Part shown: piece after piece, positions 21,601 through 34,573 of the stretch | Numbering within the stretch: the first letter of the stretch is position 1 | How the letters are laid out: the number at the start of each line of letters is the position of its first letter | Assembly (NCBI GenBank): GCA_036867785.1 | Contig: CP145414.1 | Span: 1,364,001-1,428,000 of the forward strand | DNA length: 64,000 bases | Direction: 5' to 3' | From: Plasmodiophora brassicae | Lineage: Eukaryota | Position numbers and translations under genes: made by a program | The notes under the pieces: generated by a model | Seen by the model: only the letters and a program-made list of their open reading frames with translations | Database searches by the model: none | What the model was told of the DNA's origin: nothing

Positions 21601-23952
21601 GGCCGCCACCGTGCACTTGTTCAGGCACGTGTTGACCTCGTTCTCGAACGACTCCCGGATCGTGTGCCCCGTCTGTCGTTTCAGCTCTCCGCGACGCGCC
21701 TGCTGAATCAAGATGTGAACTTCACTCTTCGCCGTCGCAATCGTCCTGGCGATGTCTTCCAGCGTCGGCGCGTCGGCGATGGTGTCCCCGATGCCGACGC
21801 TGAACGACTGCGTCAACAGCCAGGCGTTGATCACGGACTGGATCGAGTTCAGCAGGATCTTGGTGCGCTCCGGCCCGAGTTCGTTGAACATGACGTGAAT
21901 CAGCGACCCAGGCGAGGCACCCAGCGTACGCTTGTCGGCAATACCCATGAGCAATTCACCGCGTTCGATGCGGACGCGCGTATCCGTCGGCGACAGGAAC
22001 GCTTCCCGATCGGGGTGTTCGTTGGCGAACAGCTCGATGTTGACCTCCTCGGGCAGCAGCATCGAAAAGATCTGCTTGCCGGACCAGAGCATCGTGGGCT
22101 TCAGCACGCACGGGATCGGGATCTGGCCGTCCCACTGCGGCAGCCACATGAGCAGGTTCATGACCTCATCCTTGGTCAGGAACACGTCCCGGTGCGTGAA
22201 CTTGTAGCAGCCCAACAGCGTGTCCTGGACGATACCAATGACGGGTCGGTGCGACTGCGGCGTGACGATCTGCTTCGGGACCATCATCAGGCCGAGCGCT
22301 TCGGCTCTCGTCTCCACCGACTGCGGCACGTGCAGGTTCATCTCGTCGCCGTCAAAGTCGGCATTGTACGGCGACGTCACACTGAGGTTAAGACGGAACG
22401 TCGAGTACGGCATGATGCGCACCTTGTGACCCATGATGCTCATCTTGTGCAACGACGGCTGACGATTGAACAGGACAACATCGCCGTCGTTGATATGCCG
22501 TTCGACGACGTATCCCATCTCCAGGCTGATGTCCTGGGCCCGTTTCACGAATCGCAGGTCGATCTCCTGCCCGTCGTGCCGGATGATGGATTTGGCACCG
22601 GGGTGCTCGTTCGGCCCGTTCTTGATCAGTTCGCTTAATCGTTTGATGTTGAACCGCGTCACCGTCTCCGGGTACGTCAGGTTCATGGCAATCGACATTG
22701 GCACGCCGACCTCATCGATGGAGATATTGGGGTCGCCGGTGATGACCGTTCGAGCGGAGAAATCGACGCGCTTCCCCATGAGGTTGCCGCGAACACGACC
22801 GGCCTTGCCGACCAGACGCTGACGGATCGATTTCAGCGTCTTATGCGACATGCGTTGAGTGGCGGCCGGCTGTCCCGGGATCTCATTGTCCATCAGCGTC
22901 ACGATGTGGTACTGAAGCAGGTCGGCAAGCTCGGACAGGATATGGTCCGGTTTGCCCTCGTACTCGAACTTGCGCAGCATCTCGTTGACTTTGACAATGT
23001 CGCCCAGTTTGTACGTCAGGTCATCCTTACTCTCGCGGCCGTTCTGGATAACGGATGGGCGCACGTGAGGCGGGGGCACGGGCAGCACAGTGAGGATGAA
23101 CCAGTCCGGTCGGGCGAATTCCGGGTTCAGCCCCATCAGCCGACAGTCTTCATCCGAGATTCGCCTGAAGATGTTGTAGACCGTCTCGGCCGTCAGCGCC
23201 CGCTTCCGATCAACGGCGTCGTCGATGCCGGCGCTCGCGTCGAACTCGGCCATGATCTTCGTTATATCCCGTTTGTACTTGGGCTGAACGTTACCGCAAC
23301 CAGCCTCTACGGGGCGCCGACAGCAGTCAGAACCTTCGTCGTTGCACCGTGCAACGAACCTGTCACTTACGCTTAGCGATAGGCGGCCCATCGAGCACCT
23401 CGGCATCGGGTTTCTCGACGACGTCCATGGAGGAATTGCCGGAACAAACGACGGCGCCGGACGACGTGCACAGATCGAGTATGGCGGACAGGCGGTCAGT
23501 CGGCCGTTCGATTTTGAGAACGGATTGGAACTTGGCGTCCGTTGTGTTGCAGAGCAGGGCGGAGCAATGATAGCAGACGCATCGCAAGATCTTCAGGGTG
23601 ATATCCAGGAACCCGATATGGAAATTCGGTCGGCAGAGTTCAATATGGCCGAAATGGCCCGGGCAGGTCGTTGTCGTCGCCGAACAGGTCAGACAGCGGA
23701 ACCCTTTCTCCGTGGTGCCCAGGCGTCGATCCATCAGCCCGCCTTCCTTATTGACACCGTTCTCTGTCGTGACGGCGTACTTGATTTCGGCGACCGAATG
23801 CGATCGCTGTTCACGACGGGTCAGTACGGCGATATCGTACCAATGGCCATACAGGCAGCGGGCATTACAATCTCATCGGGGCTCAGCACGCCGAACTGCA
23901 CCTTGCGTATGCCATGGACGGGCGCGCTCGAGAATTCGATGCGCGACGCCAT
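18610..23952 (-). CDS. RPB1: RNA polymerase II largest subunit
   Basis: VQFGVLSPDEI, CPGHFGHIEL, GKRVDFSAR, YNADFDGDEMN, EPATQMTLNTFH and a heptad CTD. Two short 5' introns, then one very long exon. Confidence 0.99.
18751..19149 (-). repeat. RPB1 CTD: 19 tandem 21-nt heptads (YSPTSPS / FSPTSPS)
   Basis: 399 nt of direct heptad repeats in the RPB1 frame, flanked by degenerate heptads. Confidence 0.95.
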
Positions 23953-24227
23953 GACGTCCGGGCGCGACGCGTCGATCCGCCGACCAACAACGCTGTGGGT
24001 GATCGGGCCGCACTCCGCCACGCATTTATTGCTGCGTCGGCGTGATGCAGCTGCCCAGTCGGCGCCCCGCTGCACTTAGCGCTGGCCGACCAATTCGAAC
24101 GCAGCGTCACGTAGTGCTTTGCGCGGGACGTGGCGCGTGCCTCGATACGTTCGGAGGTACGGGTGCACAGTCGGGGTCAGTGTCGGGGATCCGTCACTCT
24201 GCAAAGTAGCGTCCCCGCGTCGTCAAC

Positions 24228-24605
24228 ATGTTCGTCACGTTCGCGTTCATCATCGTCGCCCTGAGCACCGCCTGTGCTGCCGATGGTGGTCGCAAGGCGA
24301 GCCCGCGCGACGGCCTGTCGGTGGACCCGGTGCTTCCGCGTGGCGGTCCGCTCTTCCGTCAGGTCAACTCGATGCCCCCGCGCCAGGCCCGTCCAGCGTG
24401 GCCGCGTGGTGATGGGCTAATCCTTCCGCCGCCGACCGTCGCTGCTACGGCGCCGTCGTCACCCCCGTCCGTGCCGCCCGAGACAACGCCCGCGCCGACA
24501 CAGCCCACTGCTGCACAAGCCAGATCGGGCGCGGCGGCGGCCTCTCCTTCGGCCGGCGTCACGCTGTCGTTCATGGCCATGGTCACCCTGGCGATCGCCA
24601 CGTAA
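24228..24605 (+). CDS. Small secreted Pro/Ala/Thr-rich protein, probable GPI anchor (125 aa)
   Basis: N-terminal hydrophobic signal MFVTFAFIIVALSTACAA, a Pro-rich stalk, a small-residue site SGAAA, then the hydrophobic tail VTLSFMAMVTLAIAT. Confidence 0.7.
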   Translation: MFVTFAFIIVALSTACAADGGRKASPRDGLSVDPVLPRGGPLFRQVNSMPPRQARPAWPRGDGLILPPPTVAATAPSSPPSVPPETTPAPTQPTAAQARSGAAAASPSAGVTLSFMAMVTLAIAT

Positions 24606-24862
24606 CCCTCCAGCTGTGTGGGTTCCGGATGCCGATCAACATGCACACCGGGGGGACGAATACACTCAGTGCGACTGTTGTCCATACGCCCCCGACCCTG
24701 CCTATCTACCTGTACCCTTACGTACATACCTAGGCGAGTGGGCCGGTGCGGCGGCGACGCAGGGGCCCTAAACGCAGTGCGGCATCGGATCGGTGCAGAG
24801 TGTTGGAAAAACGTGCGGTGGGGGGACGGCGCCATCAACAAGTCGACGGCCGCGGTTCAGCA

Positions 24863-25389
24863 ATGTCGGAAGAGTTCCTGGGCGGCAGGAGGCGCTCGCC
24901 GTCGTTCTGCGGCGACCCGGGCCTGGCTGCGCGCCAGAACCTGAAGCACCTGATCAGCACGCACCCGCTATGCATCTTCCACAACGGGGCCAGTGACGAC
25001 ATTGATGAGGTATGGTTGGCGTGCGTCCGCCCCTGTAGCTGCTACTGATCCTTGGGACATGCTGGCAGATCAAGGCCATCCTGGAGGAGGCGCTCGTGGG
25101 CAGCGTGCCGGTCTGGATCGATTTCCGCGAAAGGAAAGACGGTGACGACCTGAGTGAGGCCCTGGAAGAGTACACGCGGGACCGGATGCCGTCCGTGTTC
25201 ATTGGAGGGTACTTGCGTCGTCGTCCTCATTTCAGCGCTGTACTCATTCAGTTTGCTAGTTTGTGCGTTGGAGGTCTGGACGCTGTACGCGAGTTGCACA
25301 AAGCGGGCAAGCTGTCGACGATGCTCAGCGAGGTTGACACGATGTCGTCATTCCGCTCGACCAGTACGGAACGGACCCCATTGGTCTGA
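24863..25389 (+). CDS. Glutaredoxin-fold protein lacking the CxxC/CxxS motif, 3 exons
   Basis: LISTHPLCIFH..IKAIL..IDFRERKDGDDLSEALEEYT.DRMPSVFIGG|LCVGGLDAVRELHKAGKLSTML matches the glutaredoxin C-terminal pattern. Confidence 0.75.
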
Positions 25390-25844
25390 AATGAGTATAT
25401 TGGCGTCTGGCGTCCACACCCTTCACCGAAACATCTTTGTCAAACAGCTGCTGCCCAGCGTAGCCGACCTTGTTTGACAACTGAACTCGGAAAGGACAAT
25501 CGATGAATGTCGTAGAATAGGTTCACCTGGCCAATGCGATCGGGCGATGCCGCCTGGCATTGGCCCCTGGTCAGATGTCACGCGGCGCCTGGCCACGCCC
25601 GATACGCAGGAATACCGCAATCAGCATCATTGGGCAAGCAACTCGACTGTCTTCGCTTCCTATCGGCCATCTGTAGACTGCTATGTGCCAAACACTGGCG
25701 GCACGAGACGGGTGGGACTCGGCCTTCACCGAAGCCTGGGGAACGCCCAACGGACGTCGGTTGGGTGCTTGTACACGTCGGCATTTATCGTGGTGCTAGA
25801 GAGGTTGTTAGTAGTACGTGTATGGGATAATACAGAATCGAACA

Positions 25845-28800
25845 CTATCGGATCAGTTGCCGTTCGACACGCTCTAGAGCATGGTACGCGTCCATGGCAG
25901 ATGCCGGACTGTCCTTGAGCAGGTCGCACCGGGACGCCAAGGACCCCTCGAGAAACGCCCGGATGATGTCTAAATCGACGACGCGCGTTGATCGAACGGG
26001 AGGCAATAGTTGAGACTGCATACGCTGCATCAGTTCACCATCACTGTCGCTGACGCTTCCGACAGCGAACAGCGATCCCGATAGCGTCGACAGAATGAAG
26101 CCGTCGCCCCGTCTAGTGATCTTGGACACGGTCTCACCAAGATCGAATGTCGCCACCGTGATCAACGATGAGGCTGGCCGCTGGACGTCATCCGGCAGGC
26201 GATTCGTGACGACGAATACGGCGCCGAACTTGTCGGACGCCAGACAGGTGTTGCCGTCGACGAAAGCCGCACGAGCAGTCAATCGAGGGGCCGGGTCAGA
26301 GCTGACGACTCGGAGTCGACTGTGATCAGGGTCGTAGCACAGTATTTGGAGGCCGACGCGTTCATCGCAAATGGCCAGGTTCAGGCCGAGGCAGTCGGCG
26401 TGGAGGATCATGTCGCGCGATGCATAATGACACATGGAATGCAGAGCGCTGTCAACAATGTCGAGAATGTGCAGCTGTGGGCCGGCCGTCGCGATCAGTT
26501 TGGAATCGATCGTCGACAACGCCAAGCACGGCCCAGCAGGCATGGACGCTTCGAGCACGAGCCGGATCGGAGCACAGCCCGATCGCAGGATGCCGCTGTC
26601 AGCGCTATCGTCGCCGTCACGGTCCGTGACGATGATTGAATAGCATCGTATTCTGCCGGGGCCACCTCGTACGGCGGACGTGCAGGCCGAACCAACAACA
26701 AGAAGGTCTCCGAAGGTCGTTGTCGGCCACACGATTAGCGCTTGAACGGTCTCCATCGCTTCAAACGAGCCGAACGATATCTTCGTCGACCTTTCAACGT
26801 CGACAAGATAGAGCGAGGAGCGCTTGACGCCATCGACGAGGTCGGAACAAGAAACGACAAGGTAACCGGATGACGCGTGGTGCAGGATCCGACGCGGGGT
26901 ACTTTGCAGAGGGACCTCATCTACACGACGACGTCATAAGCAGGGTTGAACAGTAAGCGCAAACCAACATCCTAAACCTGGAAGGGTGGCGACGGCGAAA
27001 CCCGGCGCCCATCCAGGCGGATACGCAGCAACCTGGCACGAACAGAGTGTCACAGCGAGCACATTCCAGGCGGCAAGTACCATTCCAAATGCGTACCTGT
27101 ATTACACGTATTCCAGTGTCAGTAGCGACGACGACGCGTCGTTGGTCGAAGCGAGCGGCGCAGGTGACGTTGACGACGCTAGGGTCACCAGGAGTTCGGG
27201 ACAGTTTTCCAAACGTAACGTTCGTACCAGATCCCGCCTTTAGCATCGCAACGGTGTCGCTGAGAGCCATCACAGCGTCCGGACCAAGCCATACGAGGCG
27301 AACCGGCGCGCAGCCGAAGGGAATCACGTGTACATCGTAGAGTGCATCGGCCCCTTGGCCTTCGCGAAGCGTCGTCAAATGTTCCTTTAGGGTATACCTG
27401 ACAAGGGTGCCATCTCGAAGCCCAGCGACAACACTGAGCCGCTGGTGTCGGTCCGACTCCATGACGCACACGGATTCAATGCCGATTTCAGGTGACGACG
27501 AGCGATTAGCGGGACCGCAAAGGGTGACAACTGGCCGAATGGCAAAGCCACCCTTGCCGTCGCCTTCAGCCAGGCAAAGCCCAATCGACCCGTCGCTGCA
27601 TCCGGTTACAATCAGAGGAGAAGCCCCATAGGAGCCCGAAACCGCTGCCGAGCACATCCGACCCGGTTGACCTTGAGCCTGGGAACCGTCGAGCAGCTGG
27701 AGTGTCGTGACCACCGACTTTGTCGCAATCACAGAGCCAATGACTCGAACAGGCTGGTCATTGCAGTCGTTGACTGTCGCCAGCGCGACACAGTTGTAAT
27801 CGGCAAGTGCCAGGAGCCCAGATGGGGCGACGGACGCAGATACGATCGGCGATGGCGAAGCCCAGTCGTGCACAGTCCTGTCCGCAGTGATTATCCGCAT
27901 ACCTTTCTGGTGGACCTACCAGGAACGACACCGCATGTTAGCGCTCGCGACAGGCCAGTACTGATAGGCCATCACAACCATACCTGAATGAGCCGGCCAT
28001 CGGCGACAAACGCAATATCAAGCGTGTCCGTATCCTGGGCGACCGGCCAGTGTTCAGTGGCATCCTCAATGCGTATTGGCGACGGTTCTGGATCAACCAC
28101 GAGAACACGGGTTGATTGCATGAATGCGCAGACGACCAGGCAGGGTGTATCGTCCGGACGGTGCGTCTTCACTGGCTGGTCAGCTTGTTCAAGCGTCCAG
28201 ATACGCCGCAGTCCAATAAGGCGCTCATGGTCGTCCCCGAGCGCAACGGCTCGTTCAGTGCAGTCGCGATGACCAATGCCACAGCCAGCAATAGCAACGC
28301 CCCCGTGTTTGCCTAGTTTACTGGCCACCGCAATGCAGTCAGGCGTTATCATTGCATGGTCGGTGATGGGTGACAGGCAAGGGTGCTGGCATCCCAGGCG
28401 GACGAGACAATCGGTGGCGGACCAGTCCAGAACAGCAACAGACATCCCGTTACAGCCATCGCCCGGGACGTACAGGACGTCGACACGTGCCGTTGCATTT
28501 GTCGTGACGACGCCGGGCAGTTTTGCTCTTGGCAAGGAATACCATGCAATGGAGCGGGTCGGACAGGCCACACCCAGGCGAACTAGGTCAACTTCGTCGT
28601 CGTCGACACGTATGGCATACAATAGACCGGATTCGGTCGAGACCACAAGATGGTCGCCGCCAACGGGCCGCGACGACACTGCACACACGATCGGTGATGG
28701 CCCGGCAACACGATGCTCGGCGCCACCGGTTGCCCACCGTGGCATGTGAAATAACGACAAAGGCGTGCCCTGTACCGTGTCGAATAGGACAACCTTGACC

Positions 28801-29456
28801 TCGTCGATGACGGCAACGACGGATGGACGCGCAGGCAGGGGCAGACACGCGAGGACGTCTCCCATGAAGCAATGCGAATGAGTTCGAACGCGGACATCAG
28901 ACGTGCCGCAATCGACAACGACAGCACGGCAGCAGTTTACATCAGGGACGGCGACAAGAGCGATGAGAACGTCAGGCGTCGTGAATGACACTGCCATGGG
29001 TATGCCAGGGAGGCGAACGAGGAAGGGCGGGCCTCGACACGAGAAGAACCAGAGCAATGATTCCAATGACGCAATAGCGATCAAGGAGCCGTCGTGATTG
29101 GACTGCATGAGGCGAGTCGGTTTCGCGTATTGCGAGGTGCCTGCATAAGGCAAGGCGACAGGGTCGTTGCGCTGAGCGAGGACACGACCGGCGGAATCCA
29201 GCGTAAACAATGTCAGATGTGTGTGCGTCAGAAGGGCAACCGAAGCGGGCGGAACGACGCAAGCGTCCAGTATGACGGCAGGCATGTAGAGTCGTTGGAC
29301 AGGCGTCAGTTCGCACGTTTCGTCGTCGGCAAACAGCAGGTCGACGTCGTGCTCGGCGACGTGCGCGATGAACGACCCCGGTAACGACAGCGCTGTCAAC
29401 GCCGTTCCATGCTTGGCTAGAGATTTGACCGCCCACGTCGACGCATACCCGACCAT
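25845..29456 (-). CDS. DDB1/SF3B3(Rse1)/CPSF1-family triple beta-propeller protein, divergent
   Basis: CLSPITD, AFMQSTRVL, VAGLRDGTLVRY, GCAPVRL, and CPSF_A-like LAICDERVGLQILCYDP..DPAPRLT..LASDKFGAVFVV..VVDLDIIRAFL. Confidence 0.7.
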
Positions 29457-29813
29457 CAACTGGGCGGGATGATGACAGCCCGACCGAAGTCCAACGGCTA
29501 ATACAGTCCAAGGCCAACTGAGGCGGAATCCCAAAAAAATGGGCGCACCAAGAATCGTCAAACAAAACGATGGTCCAAAATGACAGTAATCGCCAAACGG
29601 GGAAGAAGACACGAAGGTCATGTTTCCCCCCGCAACGTCCCGACTGCTCTCTGGATGTGTATTGTTGAATCGAAATGGAATCGTCGCTGGGTACTCTCTC
29701 ATTAGAAGTGTAGTGCCCAGGATCCATGCTCCGTCTAGGAATGATCCTACAGGCTGCGAAATGTACGATGATAAACAGGCGATAAAGTTAGATGCATGTA
29801 ATAACGCCTTATA

Positions 29814-30796
29814 TCAACGATTTCCAGACTGGGACGCAGGTTGATCGCGTTGTCCCATGATAACGGCACCTCCGACAATAGCTGCAGCAACGCCAGCGGC
29901 ACGCAGCATGCCTTTGCTTGGCATCAAGCCGGACAACGAGTACGGCACCCGGACCGTCAAGCCATACTGCCGGCCGAGATCGACTGCTCTTTCCGCCTTT
30001 CGTCCATCAGCGCGAAACACCACAGGAGACTTCTTGGACACGATCATTGTTGTCGACAGCTCGCGGAAGACGTCATCGATTCGTTTCTGGTATGCTTTGT
30101 ACGCTTTGTTCTTCCTGCGTAACTTAGACTGTTAGACAAACCAGCGGGCGCCACAGCAACGTCACTGGCTTGCATTGCCCACCTGCATCGTCCGGCATAG
30201 TATACAAGGTCGTGAAGCGGCTCGTAATCTGTCGCCCAGTGCGCAGTCTGGCCCATAGGTGCATCCCTTTTGATCATCTCCTCCAGGATGGGTTTCCATT
30301 TGACGAATGTCGGACAGTGCGACCTTACAATCGAATTAGCAGGACAGCAAATGCTTACATCTGCGTACGTACCCAGCGAGGCGAATGGCAAGATTGAGCG
30401 GGCGGGAGCAGACCGGTAATTGCAGGAACCTAGAGGAAAACGTCAGAATCAGTCAGCGCTGGGAGATACTTGCATCGCGACGACCGTTTCGCATCCGGGT
30501 CGCACTCTTTTAACGAATCGCCATTCTTGATCTTACTGATGGCGATCCCGCTCCACTTATCAAACATGGGATTGTTCCCACTGACGTTACATCCGCGTTT
30601 AGAGACAGGAGCCCACTCACAAACGTACGTAGAAGCCCTACTCTGGTTTCGAACCGGGTTTGAGCGCAGCGGCGCAGTTGTACAGTGCGTCATGCAGTGT
30701 CTCCCTCGGCCTGGCGGCGACGAAGAACGCAACAGAGGCAACAATAACGACCACTATGATGGTCGACAACGATGCGGCGGCTTTCGACACCGACAT
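29814..30796 (-). CDS. Hypothetical protein with N-terminal signal/anchor and C-terminal hydrophobic segment, multi-exon
   Basis: MSVSKAAASLSTIIVVVIVASVAFFVAA start. ORF pieces are joined by GT-AG introns and end ..GVAAAIVGGAVIMGQRDQPASQSGNR*. No recognised domain. Confidence 0.55.
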
Positions 30797-31288
30797 GGCA
30801 CGTTGCAGGGCGACCACGGCAGTGCACAGCAACGGGCTGATCCCGAAATTGCGTGACCGCAGTGGCGCAGTCACGTCCAGACTCGACTGCAACTGCAGCC
30901 GGGGTGTCTATTTCTGGAACAGCGCCTGTGAGGTAACATAGGTAGCTGCAGATTAAAACTGGGAGACGCCTGGATCATGCTGCATTGCCGCTCTCGCTTA
31001 TGTGGGTAATGTCTAACGAAGTAACCGTTGTCCGGGACGACAAGCCGAACAATAATCATGAATACCGAACGAAGCGTCAAGCAAGACGACTGTCATTGTC
31101 AGTGCGACGCTCCGTGTGCTGGTACAGCAAGGTCCAATTCGTAGTGTCAGCGTTGTCGCGATCGTTCCCATGCGACGGGTCGTTCAACGACGGGCGGTTA
31201 TCGTGCGGCCACCGTGGCAACCGCCGTTGCAGGCAGCAGGCACAATTGGGAGGCGGAGTGCGGGCCGTGATTGCGAGCCGCCCTGCCC

Positions 31289-34200
31289 ATGTCCAACGTC
31301 TATCGGCTGGCGCACGTGCCCGACATCACCTACGACGTTGTTGACCTGCCGCCGGACGTCAGGGATGCCGATTGGCTGCACCGCATCCTGCAGGGTGGTG
31401 CCGAGGCAGTGACCGTCCCGGACGACTGGCCGATCCTGGCCGCCCCGGATCAATCCATGTCCAAACTGGTCCGGTTCTCGCACGACCCAGGCATGGCACT
31501 CTCATGCGAATTCGACCCGGCCGATAACGACGAGATTGTCCTGGCGCTGAACAATGCTCTCCAGATCGACCTGCATCGAAGAACGGGGCCGCCCTGCACC
31601 ATCCAGTTCTTCATCTCCGGTATTCGTCATTCGTTCGGGTCGCCTCGGTTTCTGTGCCAAGTAACGGGGCGTCTGGCATATCGCAGGGGATGTCATCTGC
31701 GCCTACGTCGTGGCCCCGCACATGGCACCTGAGCCGCCTGAACGGACGCCCAGTTCCCTGCACGACCTATTGGAATGCACCAGTCAGCTGCTCGCGCCGT
31801 CCGGGTCGTCGACGTCACTATCGTCATCACCGTCTGCGGGGAATGTGGCAACACCCGCCGGACAACACGCCTCCACGACGCCCAGATCAGGGTCGGCTGC
31901 TGCGCTGACGTCTCCCGGCCCAGGAGCGCGTCCCATATCGCCAGGGCCACCGCGACCAAAGGTCGCCTCCAGGCACGTTTCCAGTGCGTTCCTGTTCCGT
32001 AAGCGATCCCCGGCCTACGGCGGGATTACATTGCCTGACCAGGTGGCGTCTGTCAAAATCCCAAAGTACATGGCCCGGTTCGTACCGCATCGCATACGGT
32101 ACGTTCGCGAGCGGGAGTACGCCGACTGCACGCCATCGCCTGTCAAGATGGACATTGACGACGTTCGGGCGCCGGTGCCCGATGAAGGCGAGGCTGGCGG
32201 CGGATCGTCGTCTGAGCAGTCTAATGTGGGCAAGTCGACATCTGCATCGAGGGCGCCGTTGCTAACGTTGTCATGTAGGACGAGAGTGAGATGATTGATG
32301 AAAGCGATCCGCACGACGAGTTCGAACTGGCAGCGGCGCTACCGGCGCTGCTCGTGCTTCTCCAACAGCATGTCCACGATCCCTTCTTCTGTCGGATCGT
32401 GCTCGGCTATACGGCGGAGAGCGTTCCCAGGCAGGGTCGGTTTCGCCAGCATCTGTCGCAGCGATTCCTACGACAGCGCTGCCTGGCTCTCGCGTCGATA
32501 TCGCTGCCGGATTGGCGTTTGGAAGCGGAACCCGTTCCAGTGATGAGCCTGGGATCGGATTCGGCCGTGCACCCGAACCAGCTCTCGTCCATTGAACGCG
32601 TCACGATTGAGGACTGCGAGGTCCTCACCGGGTTCGATGGCGATATCCGGACACTGTCGCCTTCTGCGATTGCATTCTGGGACGAAGCCTGTCTGGAACC
32701 GTTCAAGTCCAGAGCCGACATCTCGTACGTTGTCGTGCCCGACATGACCGCGTCCAGATCCGAACAGTCGTCCCTGTACCAGCCGTTTTTCGAAGCCCTT
32801 AGCGTCATGTATGAGGTGCGACTGGCTCTGTCGCACGTTCCTGGTTCTGCTTGCTGACTACCGTAGACGTGCATGCTTGGACGGCACAGCGCCATCAAAT
32901 GCATCGACGACTTCATGTCCATGCCGACGCTGTTCCACGGCGGGTCGGCTCGACAGTACTACGAGTTCGTTATGGACCAGATCGGTATGCCGATGATGCT
33001 GGGCTCTCTGGTGTTCGTCCACGCCTCATCTGCGTCGGTCTACAGGCTCTCCAGCGCTGCGTGCTAAACTGTCGTCAACGGAAACCAGCATCGTCGTCCT
33101 GTACTTGGTCGTCGACAAGGATGACGGTCTCCTGTCGTCATTGCCTTGGTTTTCGTCTGTGGTCAACCGCCTGCGCCTGGCGTTCGGGTCACCAACCTGG
33201 GACTCCTCGTCCAGAAGGAAGAACGTCATCGCACAGGTTGTGCCTCGTGGGGTCATCCATGAGCGCTACGACCTCGTAGAGGACGGCCGGTGCAGCACGC
33301 TGCGACAGATGGCGTTCTCCGTGTTCTCCCGGTGCCATTTCGTCCCGGCCATACCTGCCGACGCCAGGGGTCAGCAGTCGGATCAGCTTCTGTCGAACGG
33401 TCTCGGTCTTACCGCTCTCGAGCCCGCGTTCGTCGTCCATGCCAGGTCCGACATTCCGTACCCCGGGCACGTTGCCGGGCACGATCAGCAGCAACGATCC
33501 TTGCTGGCCGTGCACGTCGCGTACACGGTCGTCGGTACGACAATGCTGTCCTGCCATAACGTGCTCGAGGCCGACTCACATGTGGCGCATGCATCAGGTG
33601 AATACGTGTGCGGGTGTGCCACCGATATGCGCGGTGAACGCCTGCAGACGAGCGTCTCGCGTGGCGCCACGCTGGCTCGTGGCCTCGAATCGTTCTGGAC
33701 GGCATGCATACGACCCATCCTGGACTTTCTTCATTCGCGCACGGACCAGGGGGCCATGACGCTCGTCGTCTGCAGGAACGGCACGCGGATGCCTGCTGAT
33801 GAGCAGTCGCTGTGGGCGTCCTTGCTAGCGTCCCGGTTGGGCGGCGTCTGGACATCCCTGAATGAGCGCGATCTGAGGGGGCGGGACGACGCTCCGCGCG
33901 ACGAGACGATCATCGCGAGGGACGTTGCGGCTGAAGACGCGGCGCCGGCCGACACACGATTCCTTGTGTCCGCTGCGTTCCTGACGTCGTGCGCAGGCAG
34001 CCCCGCGCTTCAGCCGGTCAGCACCCGCCTGTCCACGCATCTGGGGGGCCTGTGTGTTCTGAAACAGTGTGCCCGTATAGGTGGACGACCCGTCGGAAGC
34101 CTGCTTCGTCATGCACCGGCACTGGCCAATGGATGCCGCCTGCGGGCCTCGCGCCATTGTCCATGGCAACATCTACGACGGGCGCACGGGCATCGCCTTG

Positions 34201-34458
34201 CAAATGTCGCTGGAGGCCTACGTCGTCCACTCGCCGGCGAACCACCAGGTCGTGACGTGCGTCACGCCCGCCTTTGTGTTTGACGCGTTCAGGGCCGTTC
34301 TGGAGCAGACCGCGGCGCTGACCCTTTTCGAACCTGGCGAACCGCCGTTGCACATTTCCACGACGCACCGTCTCGCCCGATTGCTGGCCGTCGCCTTGCC
34401 GGACGCTGCTGATGCGCGCCAGCAGCAATCGTCGCCTTCGGACGGTCGTCCCGCGTGA
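31289..34458 (+). CDS. MED13: Mediator subunit 13-like (kinase module), multi-exon
   Basis: N-terminal SNVYRL, LSPSAIAFWDEACLEPFKSRADISYVVV, FFEALSVMYE|xCMLGRH, LRQMAFSVF, CATDMRGERLQT and LVVCRNG..EQSLW match conserved MED13 blocks. Confidence 0.8.
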
Positions 34459-34573
34459 GTACGACCATGCGTTCTATTATGTGCATAGTCGTACGTACGT
34501 CGTTGCAGTATACAAATACCCATCCAGCGCCCCCATTGCATACGTGTGTACTCAACGCTTCGGCGCGACGTCG

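Noticed and set aside
19618-22638. Long + strand ORFs (461 and 540 aa) antisense to RPB1
   Set aside because: Same codon-bias shadow effect.
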